NCBI GenBank assembly: GCA_040880765.1
Contig: JBBDHT010000067.1
Coordinates: 8,141 to 72,140, forward strand
Direction: 5' to 3'
Source of the DNA: Acidimicrobiia bacterium
Lineage (GTDB): Bacteria; Actinomycetota; Acidimicrobiia; Spongiisociales; ZC4RG35
Length of the DNA: 64,000 nucleotides
Position 1 is the stretch's first letter, and each line of letters starts with the position of its first letter. The notes under the pieces are model-generated. The model ran no database searches. It saw nothing but the letters and a program-made list of their open reading frames with translations, and was not told the origin of the DNA. Position numbers and translations under genes: made by a program. Shown here one piece after another: positions 44,858 through 55,388 of this stretch.

Positions 44858-46516
44858 ATGTTCGATACGATGACCCGCGTGGCACTTCCCATCCAGCCCA
44901 GTTTCGACGACCTGTCGACTCCTCTTTTCGATGTCACCTTCTGCGTCCTCGACCTCGAGACCACCGGCGGGTCCCCCGCAAGCTGTGAGATAACCGAGAT
45001 CGGTGCAGTCAAGTACTGCCATGGAGAGGAGGTGGGGTCCTTTCAGACACTGGTCGATCCGGGCGCACCGATTCCCGCGTCGATAACCATGCTCACCGGG
45101 ATCACCCACGCGATGGTCTACAACGCTCCGAAGATCGAGAACGTGCTCCCTTCCTTCCTCGAGTTCATCGGTGACGCCGTGATCGTCGGGCACAACGTTC
45201 GCTTCGACATGTCATTCCTCAACGCCGCAACTGACCGCCTCGGTTACACCCCGCTCGATAATGCCCGCGTCGATACCGCCGCCCTGGGCCGGCGCTTGAT
45301 CCGGAGCGAGGTCAGGAACCTGAAGCTGGCGAGCCTCGCTGCCTTCTTCAGGAGCCCGGTGGTCCCTAATCATCGGGCTCTCGACGATGCCAAAGCGACC
45401 GCCCACGTGCTGCACGGCCTGCTCGAGCGCGCCGGTTCGCTGGGCGTCACCAACATCGACGATCTCCTCGCATTGCCCCGGGCGAAAGGCGCCCGGTACT
45501 ACAACAAGATCCGCCTCTCCGACCAACTCCCGGCAGCACCGGGTGTGTATATGTTCCGAGACCGCAACGGCGCGGTCATCTACGTGGGCAAAGCCACCAA
45601 TCTGCGCCAGAGAGTCCGGCAGTACTTCTATGGCGATACCCGCAAGACAATCGGCAACATGATGCGGGAGATGGCCTCGATCGACCATCAGGTGTGCCCC
45701 ACCGTTCTCGAGGCCGAAGTCACCGAACTGCGCCTCATTCACGCCCACCGGCCCCGCTACAACCGGAGGAGTCGCCCACCCAAGGCTTCACATTTTGTGC
45801 GGGTTACCCGGGAACAGTTCCCCCGGCTGTCGGTGGTGCGTACGGTCAAGGAAGATGCGCTGGTGCACCTCGGCCCGTTCCGGAGCAAAAAGGCGGCCGA
45901 CCTGGTGATGGCGGCGATCTGGGACGCGATCCCGGTGCGGAGGTGCCGGGGCCGGCCAGCGAGCAGGGGCGGAAGCTGCGCACCGGCCCAACTCGGTGTC
46001 GCCATGTGCCCATGTGACGGCAATCTCGATCCCGGAGCGTATGCCCGGGTGATCGACGATCTCCTCACCGGGCTCAACCATCAACCGGAGATCCTCCTCG
46101 CGCCGCTGCGGGCTCGCATGGAGCAATATTCGTTCGAGCAAAGGTTCGAGGAAGCAGGCTGGGCCCGGGACCGGCACAACGCCCTGGCCCGAGCCCTTCT
46201 GCGACGCCAACAGTGGGTCGCTTTGGAATCGGCAGGGCTGTTCGAAGCGGTGTCGGCAGCAGGCGAGCATGTATTGGTCGATCGCGGAATTCTCGTTGCC
46301 ACCTGGAGGGACGGAAACCGCCCGCTCCTGGGCAACGCTGAGGTCAATTTTCTCACCGCCCGGCAGGTGGCACCCTCGGTCGAGGCCGCCGAGGAATCCG
46401 CGTTGATCTGGAACTGGCTGGAAGGTTCGAGCATCAGACTCATCTCCGCTCAGGGTGGGCTCGCCCTCCCCACGGCACCGGTGAAGATGCTGAAGGTCGG
46501 CCGCGCCGCCGCCTGA
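44858..46516 (+). CDS. DnaQ-like 3'-5' exonuclease domain fused to a GIY-YIG nuclease domain (Rv2191/Cho-like)
   Basis: DEDDh exonuclease motifs (VLDLETTGG ... GHNVRFD ... HRALDDA), then a GIY-YIG domain (GVYMFRDRNGAVIYVGKATNLRQRVRQYF) and a UvrC-like C-terminal region. Start at 44858 or 44870; the track start at 44768 overlaps the divergent gene. Confidence 0.8.
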   Translation: MFDTMTRVALPIQPSFDDLSTPLFDVTFCVLDLETTGGSPASCEITEIGAVKYCHGEEVGSFQTLVDPGAPIPASITMLTGITHAMVYNAPKIENVLPSFLEFIGDAVIVGHNVRFDMSFLNAATDRLGYTPLDNARVDTAALGRRLIRSEVRNLKLASLAAFFRSPVVPNHRALDDAKATAHVLHGLLERAGSLGVTNIDDLLALPRAKGARYYNKIRLSDQLPAAPGVYMFRDRNGAVIYVGKATNLRQRVRQYFYGDTRKTIGNMMREMASIDHQVCPTVLEAEVTELRLIHAHRPRYNRRSRPPKASHFVRVTREQFPRLSVVRTVKEDALVHLGPFRSKKAADLVMAAIWDAIPVRRCRGRPASRGGSCAPAQLGVAMCPCDGNLDPGAYARVIDDLLTGLNHQPEILLAPLRARMEQYSFEQRFEEAGWARDRHNALARALLRRQQWVALESAGLFEAVSAAGEHVLVDRGILVATWRDGNRPLLGNAEVNFLTARQVAPSVEAAEESALIWNWLEGSSIRLISAQGGLALPTAPVKMLKVGRAAA

Positions 46517-46544
46517 CCAAGCTACCAAAATTACTATTCAACGT

Positions 46545-46562
46545 TTTGCATAGTTATGCAGT
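46545..46562. promoter_or_regulatory. ARG box (ArgR operator) TTTGCATAGTTATGCAGT with a TGCATA-n2-TATGCA palindrome upstream of argC
   Basis: Matches the actinobacterial ARG-box pattern tnTGCATwwwwATGCAnw. A second E. coli-like half-box (ACTATTCA) lies immediately upstream at 46527-46544. It overlaps a candidate -35 TTGCAT and a -10 TAGTGT that ends 7 nt before the argC ATG, implying a leaderless mRNA. Confidence 0.5.
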
Positions 46563-46579
46563 AGAGGTAGTGTTTCCTG

Positions 46580-47614
46580 ATGCACAAGGTCGCAATTGTG
46601 GGCGCATCTGGATACGTGGGCGCCGAGATCCTCAGGCTCGTCGCCGCCCATGAGGATTTCGAGGTGTCGGTGGCCACCGGATCCTCATCCGCAGGCACCC
46701 CTATTTCGCAACGTTATCCGCACCTTTCGGGAGTCGTGGGTGGCCTCACGTTCAGCGAGTACTCACCCGATGTCACCGAAGGCACCGACGTCACCTTTCT
46801 CGCTCTCCCCCATGGCGAATCCCAGCAGATAGTGCCCGAGGTCCGCAATGCAACCAAGCGGGTCATCGACCTTTCCGCCGACTTCAGGTTCTTCGATTCC
46901 GGCATTTACGAACAGTGGTACGGCGACGCCCACCACGAACCCGGGTTGCTCGGAGAGTTCGTGACCGGCCTGCCCGAGTTGTTCCGGTCGGAGCTCGAGG
47001 GAGCCGACCAGATCGCAGTATCGGGCTGCTACGTCACCGCGGCCTCTCTGGCCCTGGCCCCGCTGGTCGGGGCGGGGCTCGTCGAGCCGACGGGCATCAT
47101 CGTCGATGCCGCCAGCGGGACTTCGGGGGCCGGGCGGACGTCGAAGCCCGAGATGACCTTCTCCGCCGTCGACGAGAACTTCACGGCCTACGGCCTGCTC
47201 GACCACCGGCACACCCCGGAGATGGAGATGATTGTCGGCCGCCACACCGGACAGGACGTCCAACTGCTGTTCACCCCCCACCTCGCCCCGATGAGCCGGG
47301 GCATTCTCGCCACCTGCTACGCAAGGCCTGTGGGCACACTCACCACCGACGACGCCCTCGCCTGCCTCCATGACTTCTATGGCAACGAGCCGTTTGTCAC
47401 GGTGAGCGACACTTCTCCGTCCACCAAATCGACCCTCGGCTCCAACAGCGCCCATCTGACGGCAAGAGTCGACCCGCGTACCGGGTGGGTCGTGGTCATC
47501 TCGGCGCTAGACAATCTGGTCAAAGGAGCAGCCGGCCAGGCCATCCAGTGCGCCAACATCGCTCTCGGGCTGCCCGAGACCACAGGTCTCCCCATTGCCG
47601 GGATGTTCCCGTGA
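46580..47614 (+). CDS. argC: N-acetyl-gamma-glutamyl-phosphate reductase ArgC
   Basis: N-terminal IVGASGYVG NAD(P)-binding motif and active-site SGCY-like Cys region. Confidence 0.95.
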   Translation: MHKVAIVGASGYVGAEILRLVAAHEDFEVSVATGSSSAGTPISQRYPHLSGVVGGLTFSEYSPDVTEGTDVTFLALPHGESQQIVPEVRNATKRVIDLSADFRFFDSGIYEQWYGDAHHEPGLLGEFVTGLPELFRSELEGADQIAVSGCYVTAASLALAPLVGAGLVEPTGIIVDAASGTSGAGRTSKPEMTFSAVDENFTAYGLLDHRHTPEMEMIVGRHTGQDVQLLFTPHLAPMSRGILATCYARPVGTLTTDDALACLHDFYGNEPFVTVSDTSPSTKSTLGSNSAHLTARVDPRTGWVVVISALDNLVKGAAGQAIQCANIALGLPETTGLPIAGMFP

Positions 47615-48846
47615 CCCTCTCCCCTCTCGCCCCCGCCAGCTTTCCAGGGCTTCCTTCCGTCGCCGGAGTCGAACTCGGCACAACAGCCGCCGGCATCCGG
47701 AAGAGCCAACGGACCGACCTCCTCGTCGCCACACTTGCTCCAGGCACCTCCTTCGCCGGGGTATTCACCCAGACCTTGTGCCCGGCGGCTCCGGTCGAGT
47801 GGTGCCGCAGGATCCTCGAGGGTGGCGATGGCAACGCCCGCGCCCTGGTCTGCAATTCGGGCAACGCCAACGCATTCACCGGCAAGGCCGGCGAGGTCTC
47901 GACCGAACTGACGGCGCTGACAGTTGCATCAGCGCTCGGTATCCCCGCCGACACTGTCCTCGTCGCCTCCACCGGCGTCATCGGCGAACCCATGCCCGAC
48001 GACAAGATCGCCGCGGCCCTCCCGGCCCTGCTCTCCGGTCTGGCACCTGCCGGATCCGCAACGTGGGAGCAGGCTGCTGACGCGATCCGGACCACTGACA
48101 CCTTCAGCAAGGGAGCGTTTGCGACGGTCCCGGGGACAGACGCCTCTGTGGTCGGGATCGCCAAGGGCAGCGGGATGATCGCCCCCGACATGGCGACCAT
48201 GCTCGGATTTGTCTTCACCGACCTCGGTGTCGGTCCTGAGATCCTCCAGGAATCGCTGACGGCGGCGGTGAACAAGAGCTTCAACCGGATCACTGTCGAC
48301 TCGGACACCTCCACCAATGACACCGTGCTCCTCTTCGCCACCGGCGCCGGCAACGACGAGCCCGTCACCGACCGCGACGATCCGCGGCTCGAAGCATTCC
48401 AGGGAGCCCTCGAGAACGTCACCCTCGACCTCGCCCACCAGATCATCCGCGATGGCGAAGGGGCAACCAAGTTCGTAGCGGTCAAAGTCACCGGTGCTGC
48501 CAGCGAGGCGTCGGCAGTCGTCATCGCCAGGTCGATTGCCAACTCCCCCCTGGTCAAGACCGCACTCGCCGCCGGGGATGCCAACTGGGGCCGCGTGGTG
48601 ATGGCTGTGGGCAAAGCAGGCCAGCCGGCAAACCGGGACAAGCTTGCGATCTGGATCGGCCCCGAACAGGTGGCAGCGTCGGGCACAGTCCTCGACAGCT
48701 ACCAGGAGTCGAAGGCCTCCGAGCACCTCGCCCGGGACGAAGTCGAGATCACTGTCGACGTCGGGGTTGGCGCGCACCAGGCAACCGTGTGGACCTGCGA
48801 CCTGACCCACGGCTACATCGAGATCAACGCCGGGTACCGGACATGA
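47611..48846 (+). CDS. argJ: Bifunctional glutamate N-acetyltransferase/amino-acid acetyltransferase ArgJ
   Basis: ArgJ family with ATML autoproteolysis motif (DMATMLGF). GTG start forms a GTGA overlap with argC. Confidence 0.95.
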   Translation: MTLSPLAPASFPGLPSVAGVELGTTAAGIRKSQRTDLLVATLAPGTSFAGVFTQTLCPAAPVEWCRRILEGGDGNARALVCNSGNANAFTGKAGEVSTELTALTVASALGIPADTVLVASTGVIGEPMPDDKIAAALPALLSGLAPAGSATWEQAADAIRTTDTFSKGAFATVPGTDASVVGIAKGSGMIAPDMATMLGFVFTDLGVGPEILQESLTAAVNKSFNRITVDSDTSTNDTVLLFATGAGNDEPVTDRDDPRLEAFQGALENVTLDLAHQIIRDGEGATKFVAVKVTGAASEASAVVIARSIANSPLVKTALAAGDANWGRVVMAVGKAGQPANRDKLAIWIGPEQVAASGTVLDSYQESKASEHLARDEVEITVDVGVGAHQATVWTCDLTHGYIEINAGYRT

Positions 48847-49718
48847 TCGGCACCAGGAATTACGCGCCCGAGCAACGGGCCGAAGCCCTCGTCGAGGCGC
48901 TTCCGTACATCAAGCAGTTCCACGACAAAGTCATCGTCATCAAGTACGGGGGCAGTGCCATGACCGACCCCGACCTGGCCACCACTTTCGCCGAGGACAT
49001 AGTTCTGCTGCGCTCGGTAGGGATGAAACCCGTTGTTGTCCACGGGGGCGGGCCCCAGATCGGCCTCCATCTGAAGAAGCTGGGCAAGGAGACCCGATTC
49101 CAGGACGGCCTCCGTGTCACCGACGCCGAGACCCTGGACATCGTGCGGATGGTCCTGGTCGGCAAGATCGGGCGGGACATCGTGGGGGCGATCAACGTCC
49201 ACGGCGCCTTCGCCATCGGTCTCTCCGGCGAAGACGGCGGGCTCATCACCGCAGCGCCCCACGACGAGTCTCTCGGCCTCGTCGGCAGGATCGTCTCGGT
49301 CCAGCCCGGCATCATCGAGCGCCTCCTCGCCGAGAACATGATCCCGGTGGTCTCCACCATCGGATCCGACCATGCAGGCCAGGCGTACAACATCAACGCC
49401 GACACCGTCGCCGGGGCCCTTGCCTCCGCACTCCAGGCGGAAAAGGTCATCTACCTCACTGACGTCCCCGGGTTGCTCGAAGACCCTGCCGACGCCGACT
49501 CGTTGATACAGAGAGCTTCGGTCGGTGCAGTTGAAAAGTTGCTACAGACTTCGGCGATCACCAGCGGGATGATCCCGAAAGTCCGGGCGTGCATCGACGC
49601 GGTCCGGGCCGGGACCTCTTCGGCCCACATGCTCGACGGCACCATCCCCCACGTCCTTCTCCTCGAACTGCTCACCGACGCCGGAATCGGCACGATGATC
49701 GGGGGCGATTCACAGTGA
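48843..49718 (+). CDS. argB: Acetylglutamate kinase ArgB
   Basis: VIKYGGSAM motif. ATGA overlap with argJ. Confidence 0.95.
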   Translation: MIGTRNYAPEQRAEALVEALPYIKQFHDKVIVIKYGGSAMTDPDLATTFAEDIVLLRSVGMKPVVVHGGGPQIGLHLKKLGKETRFQDGLRVTDAETLDIVRMVLVGKIGRDIVGAINVHGAFAIGLSGEDGGLITAAPHDESLGLVGRIVSVQPGIIERLLAENMIPVVSTIGSDHAGQAYNINADTVAGALASALQAEKVIYLTDVPGLLEDPADADSLIQRASVGAVEKLLQTSAITSGMIPKVRACIDAVRAGTSSAHMLDGTIPHVLLLELLTDAGIGTMIGGDSQ

Positions 49719-50932
49719 CCGTGGCTCAAGCCAAAGCATGGGGCACCACCGGTGAGCACAGCCCGTTGATGGACAACTACGGCTCGCCGCCGCGGCTCTT
49801 CGTGAAGGGAATGGGCCCCTACATCTGGGACCGGGATGGGAAGCAGTACCTCGACTTCCTCGGAGGTCTGGCAGTGGTGGCACTGGGCCACGCCCACCCC
49901 GAGATCACCAAAGCGGTGAGCAGACAGGCCGGAATCCTCGTCCACACCTCCAACCTCTTCGCCAACGAGCATCAGGCTCCGGTGGCCGAAACGATCAACT
50001 CCCTCGTCGACTGCGGCCCCGGACAGGTGCTGTTCCAGAACTCAGGTGCTGAGGCGAACGAGGCCGCGATCAAACTCGCCCGGAAACATCAAGGCCCGGA
50101 GCGGTATGTGGTGCTCTCAGCACTCGATTCGTTCCACGGAAGGACACTGGCCGCCCTTGCTGCCACCGGCCAACCCGGCAAGCATGCACCATTCGCCCCC
50201 ATGCCCGAAGGCTTTCGCCATATCCCCTTCAACGACATTGCGGCCCTCGAGTCGGCTTTGCAGGCGGCCGATGTCGCAGCCGTCCTCCTCGAGTCCGTCC
50301 AGGGCGAGGGCGGAGTCAACCCGGCGTCGGCCGAATATCTTCAAGCGGCGCGGTCGCTATGCGATCAACATGGTGTGCTGCTCATCCTCGACGAGATCCA
50401 GACCGGGATGGGGCGCACCGGTGAGTGGTTCGGGTACCAGCACGCGGGAATCAAGCCCGACATCGTGACCATGGCCAAAGCCCTCGGCAACGGATTCCCT
50501 GTGGCTGCGGTGTGGGCGACCGATTCCGTCGCCGCCGCTTTCGGGCCCGGTGACCACGGGTCGACATTCGCCGGGCAACCGGTTGCCCTCGCGGCAGCTC
50601 GAGCAGCCCTCGACACCTACATCGCCATCGATGCACCAACGCTGGTCAGAGAAATGGGCGCCTACCTGACAAGACGGGCAGAAGGTTGTGCCGGAGTCGA
50701 TCGGGTTCGGGGCCAGGGTTTGCTCCTCGCCCTCGAGTTGTCCCCGGCACGGCTCGCCGGCCGCACCGCCAAGGACATCGCCTCTGCCTGTCTCGACCGG
50801 GGCCTGATCGTCAACGGGGTCACCCCGACCGCCCTTCGGCTTGCCCCCCCGTACATCGTCACCAAACAACAAATAGACGAGGCAATCGACATCATCTCCG
50901 ATGCAATCGCCTCAGCACCCGAGGAGGAATGA
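49715..50932 (+). CDS. argD: Acetylornithine aminotransferase ArgD
   Basis: Class III aminotransferase with PLP lysine in TMAKALGNG. GTGA overlap with argB. Confidence 0.95.
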   Translation: MTVAQAKAWGTTGEHSPLMDNYGSPPRLFVKGMGPYIWDRDGKQYLDFLGGLAVVALGHAHPEITKAVSRQAGILVHTSNLFANEHQAPVAETINSLVDCGPGQVLFQNSGAEANEAAIKLARKHQGPERYVVLSALDSFHGRTLAALAATGQPGKHAPFAPMPEGFRHIPFNDIAALESALQAADVAAVLLESVQGEGGVNPASAEYLQAARSLCDQHGVLLILDEIQTGMGRTGEWFGYQHAGIKPDIVTMAKALGNGFPVAAVWATDSVAAAFGPGDHGSTFAGQPVALAAARAALDTYIAIDAPTLVREMGAYLTRRAEGCAGVDRVRGQGLLLALELSPARLAGRTAKDIASACLDRGLIVNGVTPTALRLAPPYIVTKQQIDEAIDIISDAIASAPEEE

Positions 50933-51837
50933 TGCGCCACTTCCTGGACATCGACGAACTGACCAAAGACGAGCTCGAGCATGTGCTTGACCTCTCGTCA
51001 CAACCTGCCACCACAGCTCCGCTCGCCGGCAAAGGCATGGCCCTGCTTTTTGAGAAGCCCTCGGCCCGCACCCGCAACGCAATGGAGATGGCGGTGGTCC
51101 AGCTCGGCGGCCACCCCGTGTACATCCGGCCCGAGGAACTCGGGCTCGACGTCCGCGAGACTGTCGAAGACGTTGCCCGGACCTTCGCCTGCTATCACCA
51201 TCTGCTCGGAGCAAGGGTTTTCGCCCATTCCACAGTGGAGCGGATGGCAGCTCTCGACGTGATCCCGGTGGTGAACCTTCTCAGTGACAAGTCGCACCCG
51301 ATGCAGGCCCTGGGAGACCTGCTCACCATGCGCTCGGAGCTCTCGGTGCTCGAAGACAGGATCGTCACCTTCATCGGTGATGGGAACAACGTCGCACTGT
51401 CACTGGCGAAGGCATGCGGGCTCACCGGGATGAAGTTCCGGCTTGCCAGCCCGCCCGGATACTCCTTCTCGGCTTCCGATATCGAAGAGATCGCTGCCAC
51501 GGGAACCGAGGTCGAGATCTATCGCTCGCCGTACGAAGCTGTGGCCGATGCCGACGTCGTCTACACCGACACGTGGGCATCGATGGGTAAAGAAGACGAA
51601 GCTGCGGAGCGCAAGGATGCCTTCCAGGAGTTCCGAGTCGACGCCAACTTGATGTCCGTAGCGGGAGAGAAGGCGATCTTCCTCCACTGCCTCCCCGCCA
51701 AGCGGGGCAACGAGGTCACCGACGAGGTGCTCGACGGGGCACAGAGCCGGGTCTGGGTGCAGGCGGAGAATCGGATGCACTCGGCACGCGGGCTGCTGAC
51801 ATGGCTTGTCGAGGAGGGCCAGTGGTCCGTCTCTTAA
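50929..51837 (+). CDS. argF: Ornithine carbamoyltransferase ArgF
   Basis: STRTR (SARTRNAME) carbamoyl-phosphate motif and HCLP motif. ATGA overlap with argD, with GAGGAGGA inside the argD 3' end. Confidence 0.95.
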   Translation: MMRHFLDIDELTKDELEHVLDLSSQPATTAPLAGKGMALLFEKPSARTRNAMEMAVVQLGGHPVYIRPEELGLDVRETVEDVARTFACYHHLLGARVFAHSTVERMAALDVIPVVNLLSDKSHPMQALGDLLTMRSELSVLEDRIVTFIGDGNNVALSLAKACGLTGMKFRLASPPGYSFSASDIEEIAATGTEVEIYRSPYEAVADADVVYTDTWASMGKEDEAAERKDAFQEFRVDANLMSVAGEKAIFLHCLPAKRGNEVTDEVLDGAQSRVWVQAENRMHSARGLLTWLVEEGQWSVS

Positions 51838-51985
51838 ATAGTGTGCGCGTGTCTCCGAGTCATCGTCGTCATCTGGCAAGGAGAAAAGCGCAGTCGCACC
51901 CGGGAGGTTCGGCGAGCATTTTGGACGCAGCCAGGGGCGACGAGGGCCGGAGAGACGCCACAAGTATTTATGAGAAGGGCCACTA

Positions 51986-52447
51986 GTGAACAAGAATCAA
52001 CGCCAGCACAAGATCACCGACCTGCTCAGGGACCAGCCGGTGAACAGTCAGGGGCAACTCGTCGACCTCCTCGAAGAGGTGGGCGTTGTCGCCACCCAGG
52101 CCACCGTCTCCCGCGACCTCGAAGAATTGGGTGCGGTGAAAGTCAGGGTCGCCGGTGGTGACGCCGTGTATGCGATCCCCGAGCACCCTGCCGACCGGGT
52201 GGTCCCCGAGGATGTGCTCAAGCGGGTGCTGGGCAACTGGGTGGTCGACATCCAATCCTCGTCGAACATCGTCGTGATCCGCACCCCCCCGGGTTCGGCC
52301 CATGTGGTGGCGTCGGCAATCGACCACGCCGGGATGCCCGACGTGCTTGGCACGGTCGCCGGCGACGACACGATGTTTGTGGTGACCTATGAGGGGACCG
52401 ACGGTAAGGACCTCGCCGCAAGATTCAAGGAGATCGCAGGCTTATGA
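51986..52447 (+). CDS. argR: Arginine repressor ArgR
   Basis: Winged-helix N-terminus and C-terminal GDDT arginine-binding motif (AGDDTMFVV). GTG start. Confidence 0.9.
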   Translation: MNKNQRQHKITDLLRDQPVNSQGQLVDLLEEVGVVATQATVSRDLEELGAVKVRVAGGDAVYAIPEHPADRVVPEDVLKRVLGNWVVDIQSSSNIVVIRTPPGSAHVVASAIDHAGMPDVLGTVAGDDTMFVVTYEGTDGKDLAARFKEIAGL

Positions 52448-53670
52448 GCGTAAACAAACAAGACATCAAAAAGGTTGTGCTCGCCTATTCGGGCGGGCTC
52501 GACACCTCGATAATCCTCCGGTGGCTGCAGGAGACCTATGAGGCCGAGGTCATCTGCTTCACGGCCGACATCGGCCAGAAGCATGAGACCGAGCCGGCGC
52601 GGGCTAAAGCCCTCAGCCTGGGTGTCCCCGAGAGTGACATCCACATCGAGAACCTCCAGGAGGAGTTCGTCGGTGAGTACGTGTTCCCGATGTTCCGGGC
52701 CAACACCGTCTACGAAGGCGAATACCTCCTCGGCACCTCCATCGCGAGGCCCCTGATCGGCAAGCGCATCATCGAGATCGCCCGGGAGAACAGTGCCGAC
52801 GCCATCGCCCATGGCGCCACCGGGAAGGGCAACGACCAGATCAGGTTCGAGTTGGCCGCATATTCGTTCGCCCCCGACATCGAGGTGATCGCCCCGTGGC
52901 GGATCTGGGAGCTCGACTCCAGGGAGTCGCTGATGAAATATGCGAGTGATCGTGGCATCCCCATCGAGAAGACCAGGGGCAAGGAGTCGCCCTTCTCGAC
53001 CGACGCCAACCTGCTCCACATCTCCTACGAGGGCGGACCCCTCGAAGAGCCCTGGGCCGAAGCGCCCGCGGACATGTGGCAGTGGACCGTCGACCCGGCA
53101 CAAGCACCGGACCGGCCCACGTTCCTCAACCTCGAGTACCAGGGCGGCGACATCGTCGCCATCGACGGCCAGCAGCTATCCCCCGCCGACGTGCTCACCA
53201 CACTGAACGAGATCGGTGCCGCCAACGGGGTAGGCCGTATCGACATCGTGGAGAACCGCTACGTGGGGATGAAGAGCAGAGGGTGTTATGAGACCCCCGG
53301 CGGGACGATCATGCTCAAGGCCCACCGCGCCATCGAGTCGATCACACTCGACCGCGAAGTGGCACATCTCAAGGACAGCCTGATGCCCAAGTACGCCGAA
53401 TTGATCTACAACGGCTACTGGTTCAGCCCGGAACGTGAGATGTTGCAACTGGCGATCGACCACAGCCAGGTGCATGTGAACGGCGAAGTGAAAGTCAAGC
53501 TGTACAAGGGCAACGTCGACATCGTGGGCCGGAGGTCGAACGATTCGCTGTTCGACGCACGGACCGCGAGCTTCGGCGAGGATGAAGGCGTTTACAACCA
53601 GGCAGACGCTGACGGGTTCATCAAGCTGAACGCACTGAGACTGAGAAACCTGGCCCGGAAGCGGCCCTGA
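52444..53670 (+). CDS. argG: Argininosuccinate synthase ArgG
   Basis: [11 protein letters not shown]-loop. ATGA overlap with argR. Confidence 0.95.
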   Translation: MSVNKQDIKKVVLAYSGGLDTSIILRWLQETYEAEVICFTADIGQKHETEPARAKALSLGVPESDIHIENLQEEFVGEYVFPMFRANTVYEGEYLLGTSIARPLIGKRIIEIARENSADAIAHGATGKGNDQIRFELAAYSFAPDIEVIAPWRIWELDSRESLMKYASDRGIPIEKTRGKESPFSTDANLLHISYEGGPLEEPWAEAPADMWQWTVDPAQAPDRPTFLNLEYQGGDIVAIDGQQLSPADVLTTLNEIGAANGVGRIDIVENRYVGMKSRGCYETPGGTIMLKAHRAIESITLDREVAHLKDSLMPKYAELIYNGYWFSPEREMLQLAIDHSQVHVNGEVKVKLYKGNVDIVGRRSNDSLFDARTASFGEDEGVYNQADADGFIKLNALRLRNLARKRP

Positions 53671-53673
53671 CCG

Positions 53674-55044
53674 ATGACGTTGTGGCAGGGACGCTTCGAT
53701 GGCGGGGCTTCGGATGAGCTGAAGGCCCTCAACGACAGTCTCTCCTTCGACGTCCGGATGTTCCGCGAGGACATCGCCGGGTCGCGCGCCCACGCCAAGA
53801 TGCTGGTCAAGGCCGGCCTCCTCGATGACGACGAATCTGCGGCGATAACCAACGCCCTCGACACCGTCGAGAGCGAGATCGCCAACGGCGACTTCGAGTT
53901 CCAACCCGGCGACGAGGACATCCACACCGCCGTGGAGCGACGGGTGACGGAGATCACACCGGCGGGTGCCAAGCTCCACACCGGGCGAAGCCGGAACGAT
54001 CAGGTGGCTACCGACCTCCGGCTCTGGACGAAACAAGCGATCGACACCACCCTGACGCTCATCCACCAGCTGGAAAAGACCCTCCTGGCCAGGGCGGCAG
54101 AGGCAGGAGAGGCCATCCTGCCCGGCTACACCCATCTCCAACAGGCGCAGCCGGTGGCCCTTGCCCATCATCTCCTCGCCCACGGCTGGGCGCTATCCCG
54201 CGACTTCGAACGCCTTCTCGACGCCCGGAAACGGGTCGACGTCTCCCCGTTGGGTGCCGGAGCGCTGGCCGGGTCGACTCTCCCCCTCGACCCAGAGGTG
54301 ACTGCATCCGAGCTCGGATTCGGAGCCACATTCGAGAACAGCCTGGACGCGGTGAGCGACCGCGACTTCGTCGCCGAGACCTTGTTCGCCCTCAGCCTGC
54401 TCGGCGTCCACCTGAGCCGGATCGGCGAGGAGATGATCATCTGGTCGTCAACCGAGTTCGGCTATGTGCAGATGAGCGACACCCACTCCACCGGCTCGTC
54501 GATGATGCCGCAGAAGGCAAACCCCGACATCGCCGAATTGGCCCGGGGCAAAGCGGGACGGCTCATCGGCAACCTGACCGGGCTGCTGGTCACCCTCAAA
54601 GGCCTTCCCCTCGCCTACAACAAAGACCTCCAGGAGGACAAGGAGCCATTGTTCGACTCCTTCGACACCATCCACCTCATCCTCTCCGCGGTAGACGGGA
54701 TGATCGCCACCCTCACCTTCGATATCGAGCGGATGGCGAACGCCGCGGCCTCGCCCTATCTCTTCGCCACCGACCTCGCCGAATGGCTCGTGGCCCGGGG
54801 CACACCCTTCCGCGAGGCCCACGGAATCGTCGGAAGGCTCGTCCGAGAGTCTCTGGAGGGTGATCGGTCGCTCCAGGATCTCGTGCTCACATCGCCGGAC
54901 CTCGGCCCGGATGCTGTCGGGTTGCTCGACATCTCCCCCGACCGCAAGGGGACCCCGGGCGGGGGCACACCAGCGGCCGTAGATCGTCAGATGGCCCGCT
55001 TCGAGGATCTGATCGATACCCAGGAACGGTTGCTGGCCACCTAA
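53674..55044 (+). CDS. argH: Argininosuccinate lyase ArgH
   Basis: Fumarate-lyase signature GSSMMPQKANP. Confidence 0.95.
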   Translation: MTLWQGRFDGGASDELKALNDSLSFDVRMFREDIAGSRAHAKMLVKAGLLDDDESAAITNALDTVESEIANGDFEFQPGDEDIHTAVERRVTEITPAGAKLHTGRSRNDQVATDLRLWTKQAIDTTLTLIHQLEKTLLARAAEAGEAILPGYTHLQQAQPVALAHHLLAHGWALSRDFERLLDARKRVDVSPLGAGALAGSTLPLDPEVTASELGFGATFENSLDAVSDRDFVAETLFALSLLGVHLSRIGEEMIIWSSTEFGYVQMSDTHSTGSSMMPQKANPDIAELARGKAGRLIGNLTGLLVTLKGLPLAYNKDLQEDKEPLFDSFDTIHLILSAVDGMIATLTFDIERMANAAASPYLFATDLAEWLVARGTPFREAHGIVGRLVRESLEGDRSLQDLVLTSPDLGPDAVGLLDISPDRKGTPGGGTPAAVDRQMARFEDLIDTQERLLAT

Positions 55045-55388
55045 AGCGCGAGATGGAGACGCAGTGCCTCGTCGACCTCCAGCATCTTCGCTGCAGGCAC
55101 TGAGCCCAGCCGATTTGCGACCCGTTGCACCGAAACCGATCTCACCTGTTCGGCCTGAGCCTTGGAGTCGATATCCAGACCGCTTTCTACAGCGTTGATC
55201 AGCACCTGGAACGGGAACACAGTCGAAACCCGCGATGTGAGCGGCACCACGGTGACGGTTCCTTTCCCAAGCCTCGCCGCAGTCGAATTCGCCCCGTCGT
55301 TGGAGACGAGGATGGCCGGGCGTCGATAGGCAGCCTCTCCCGGCAGAGGGGTCCCGAGGTCGACAATTCGGATCTCGCCTCGCAACAT
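55041..55388 (-). CDS. mazF: MazF/PemK-family type II toxin
   Basis: GEIRIVDLG...RPAILVSND...VTVVPLTS motifs typical of MazF endoribonucleases. Its stop is convergent with, and overlaps, the argH stop. Confidence 0.8.
   Translation of the reverse strand: MLRGEIRIVDLGTPLPGEAAYRRPAILVSNDGANSTAARLGKGTVTVVPLTSRVSTVFPFQVLINAVESGLDIDSKAQAEQVRSVSVQRVANRLGSVPAAKMLEVDEALRLHLAL

Noticed and set aside
51838-51985. Second ARG box in front of argR
   Set aside because: Only a weak TATTTATGAGA half-site resemblance. It is not convincing without a PWM score.
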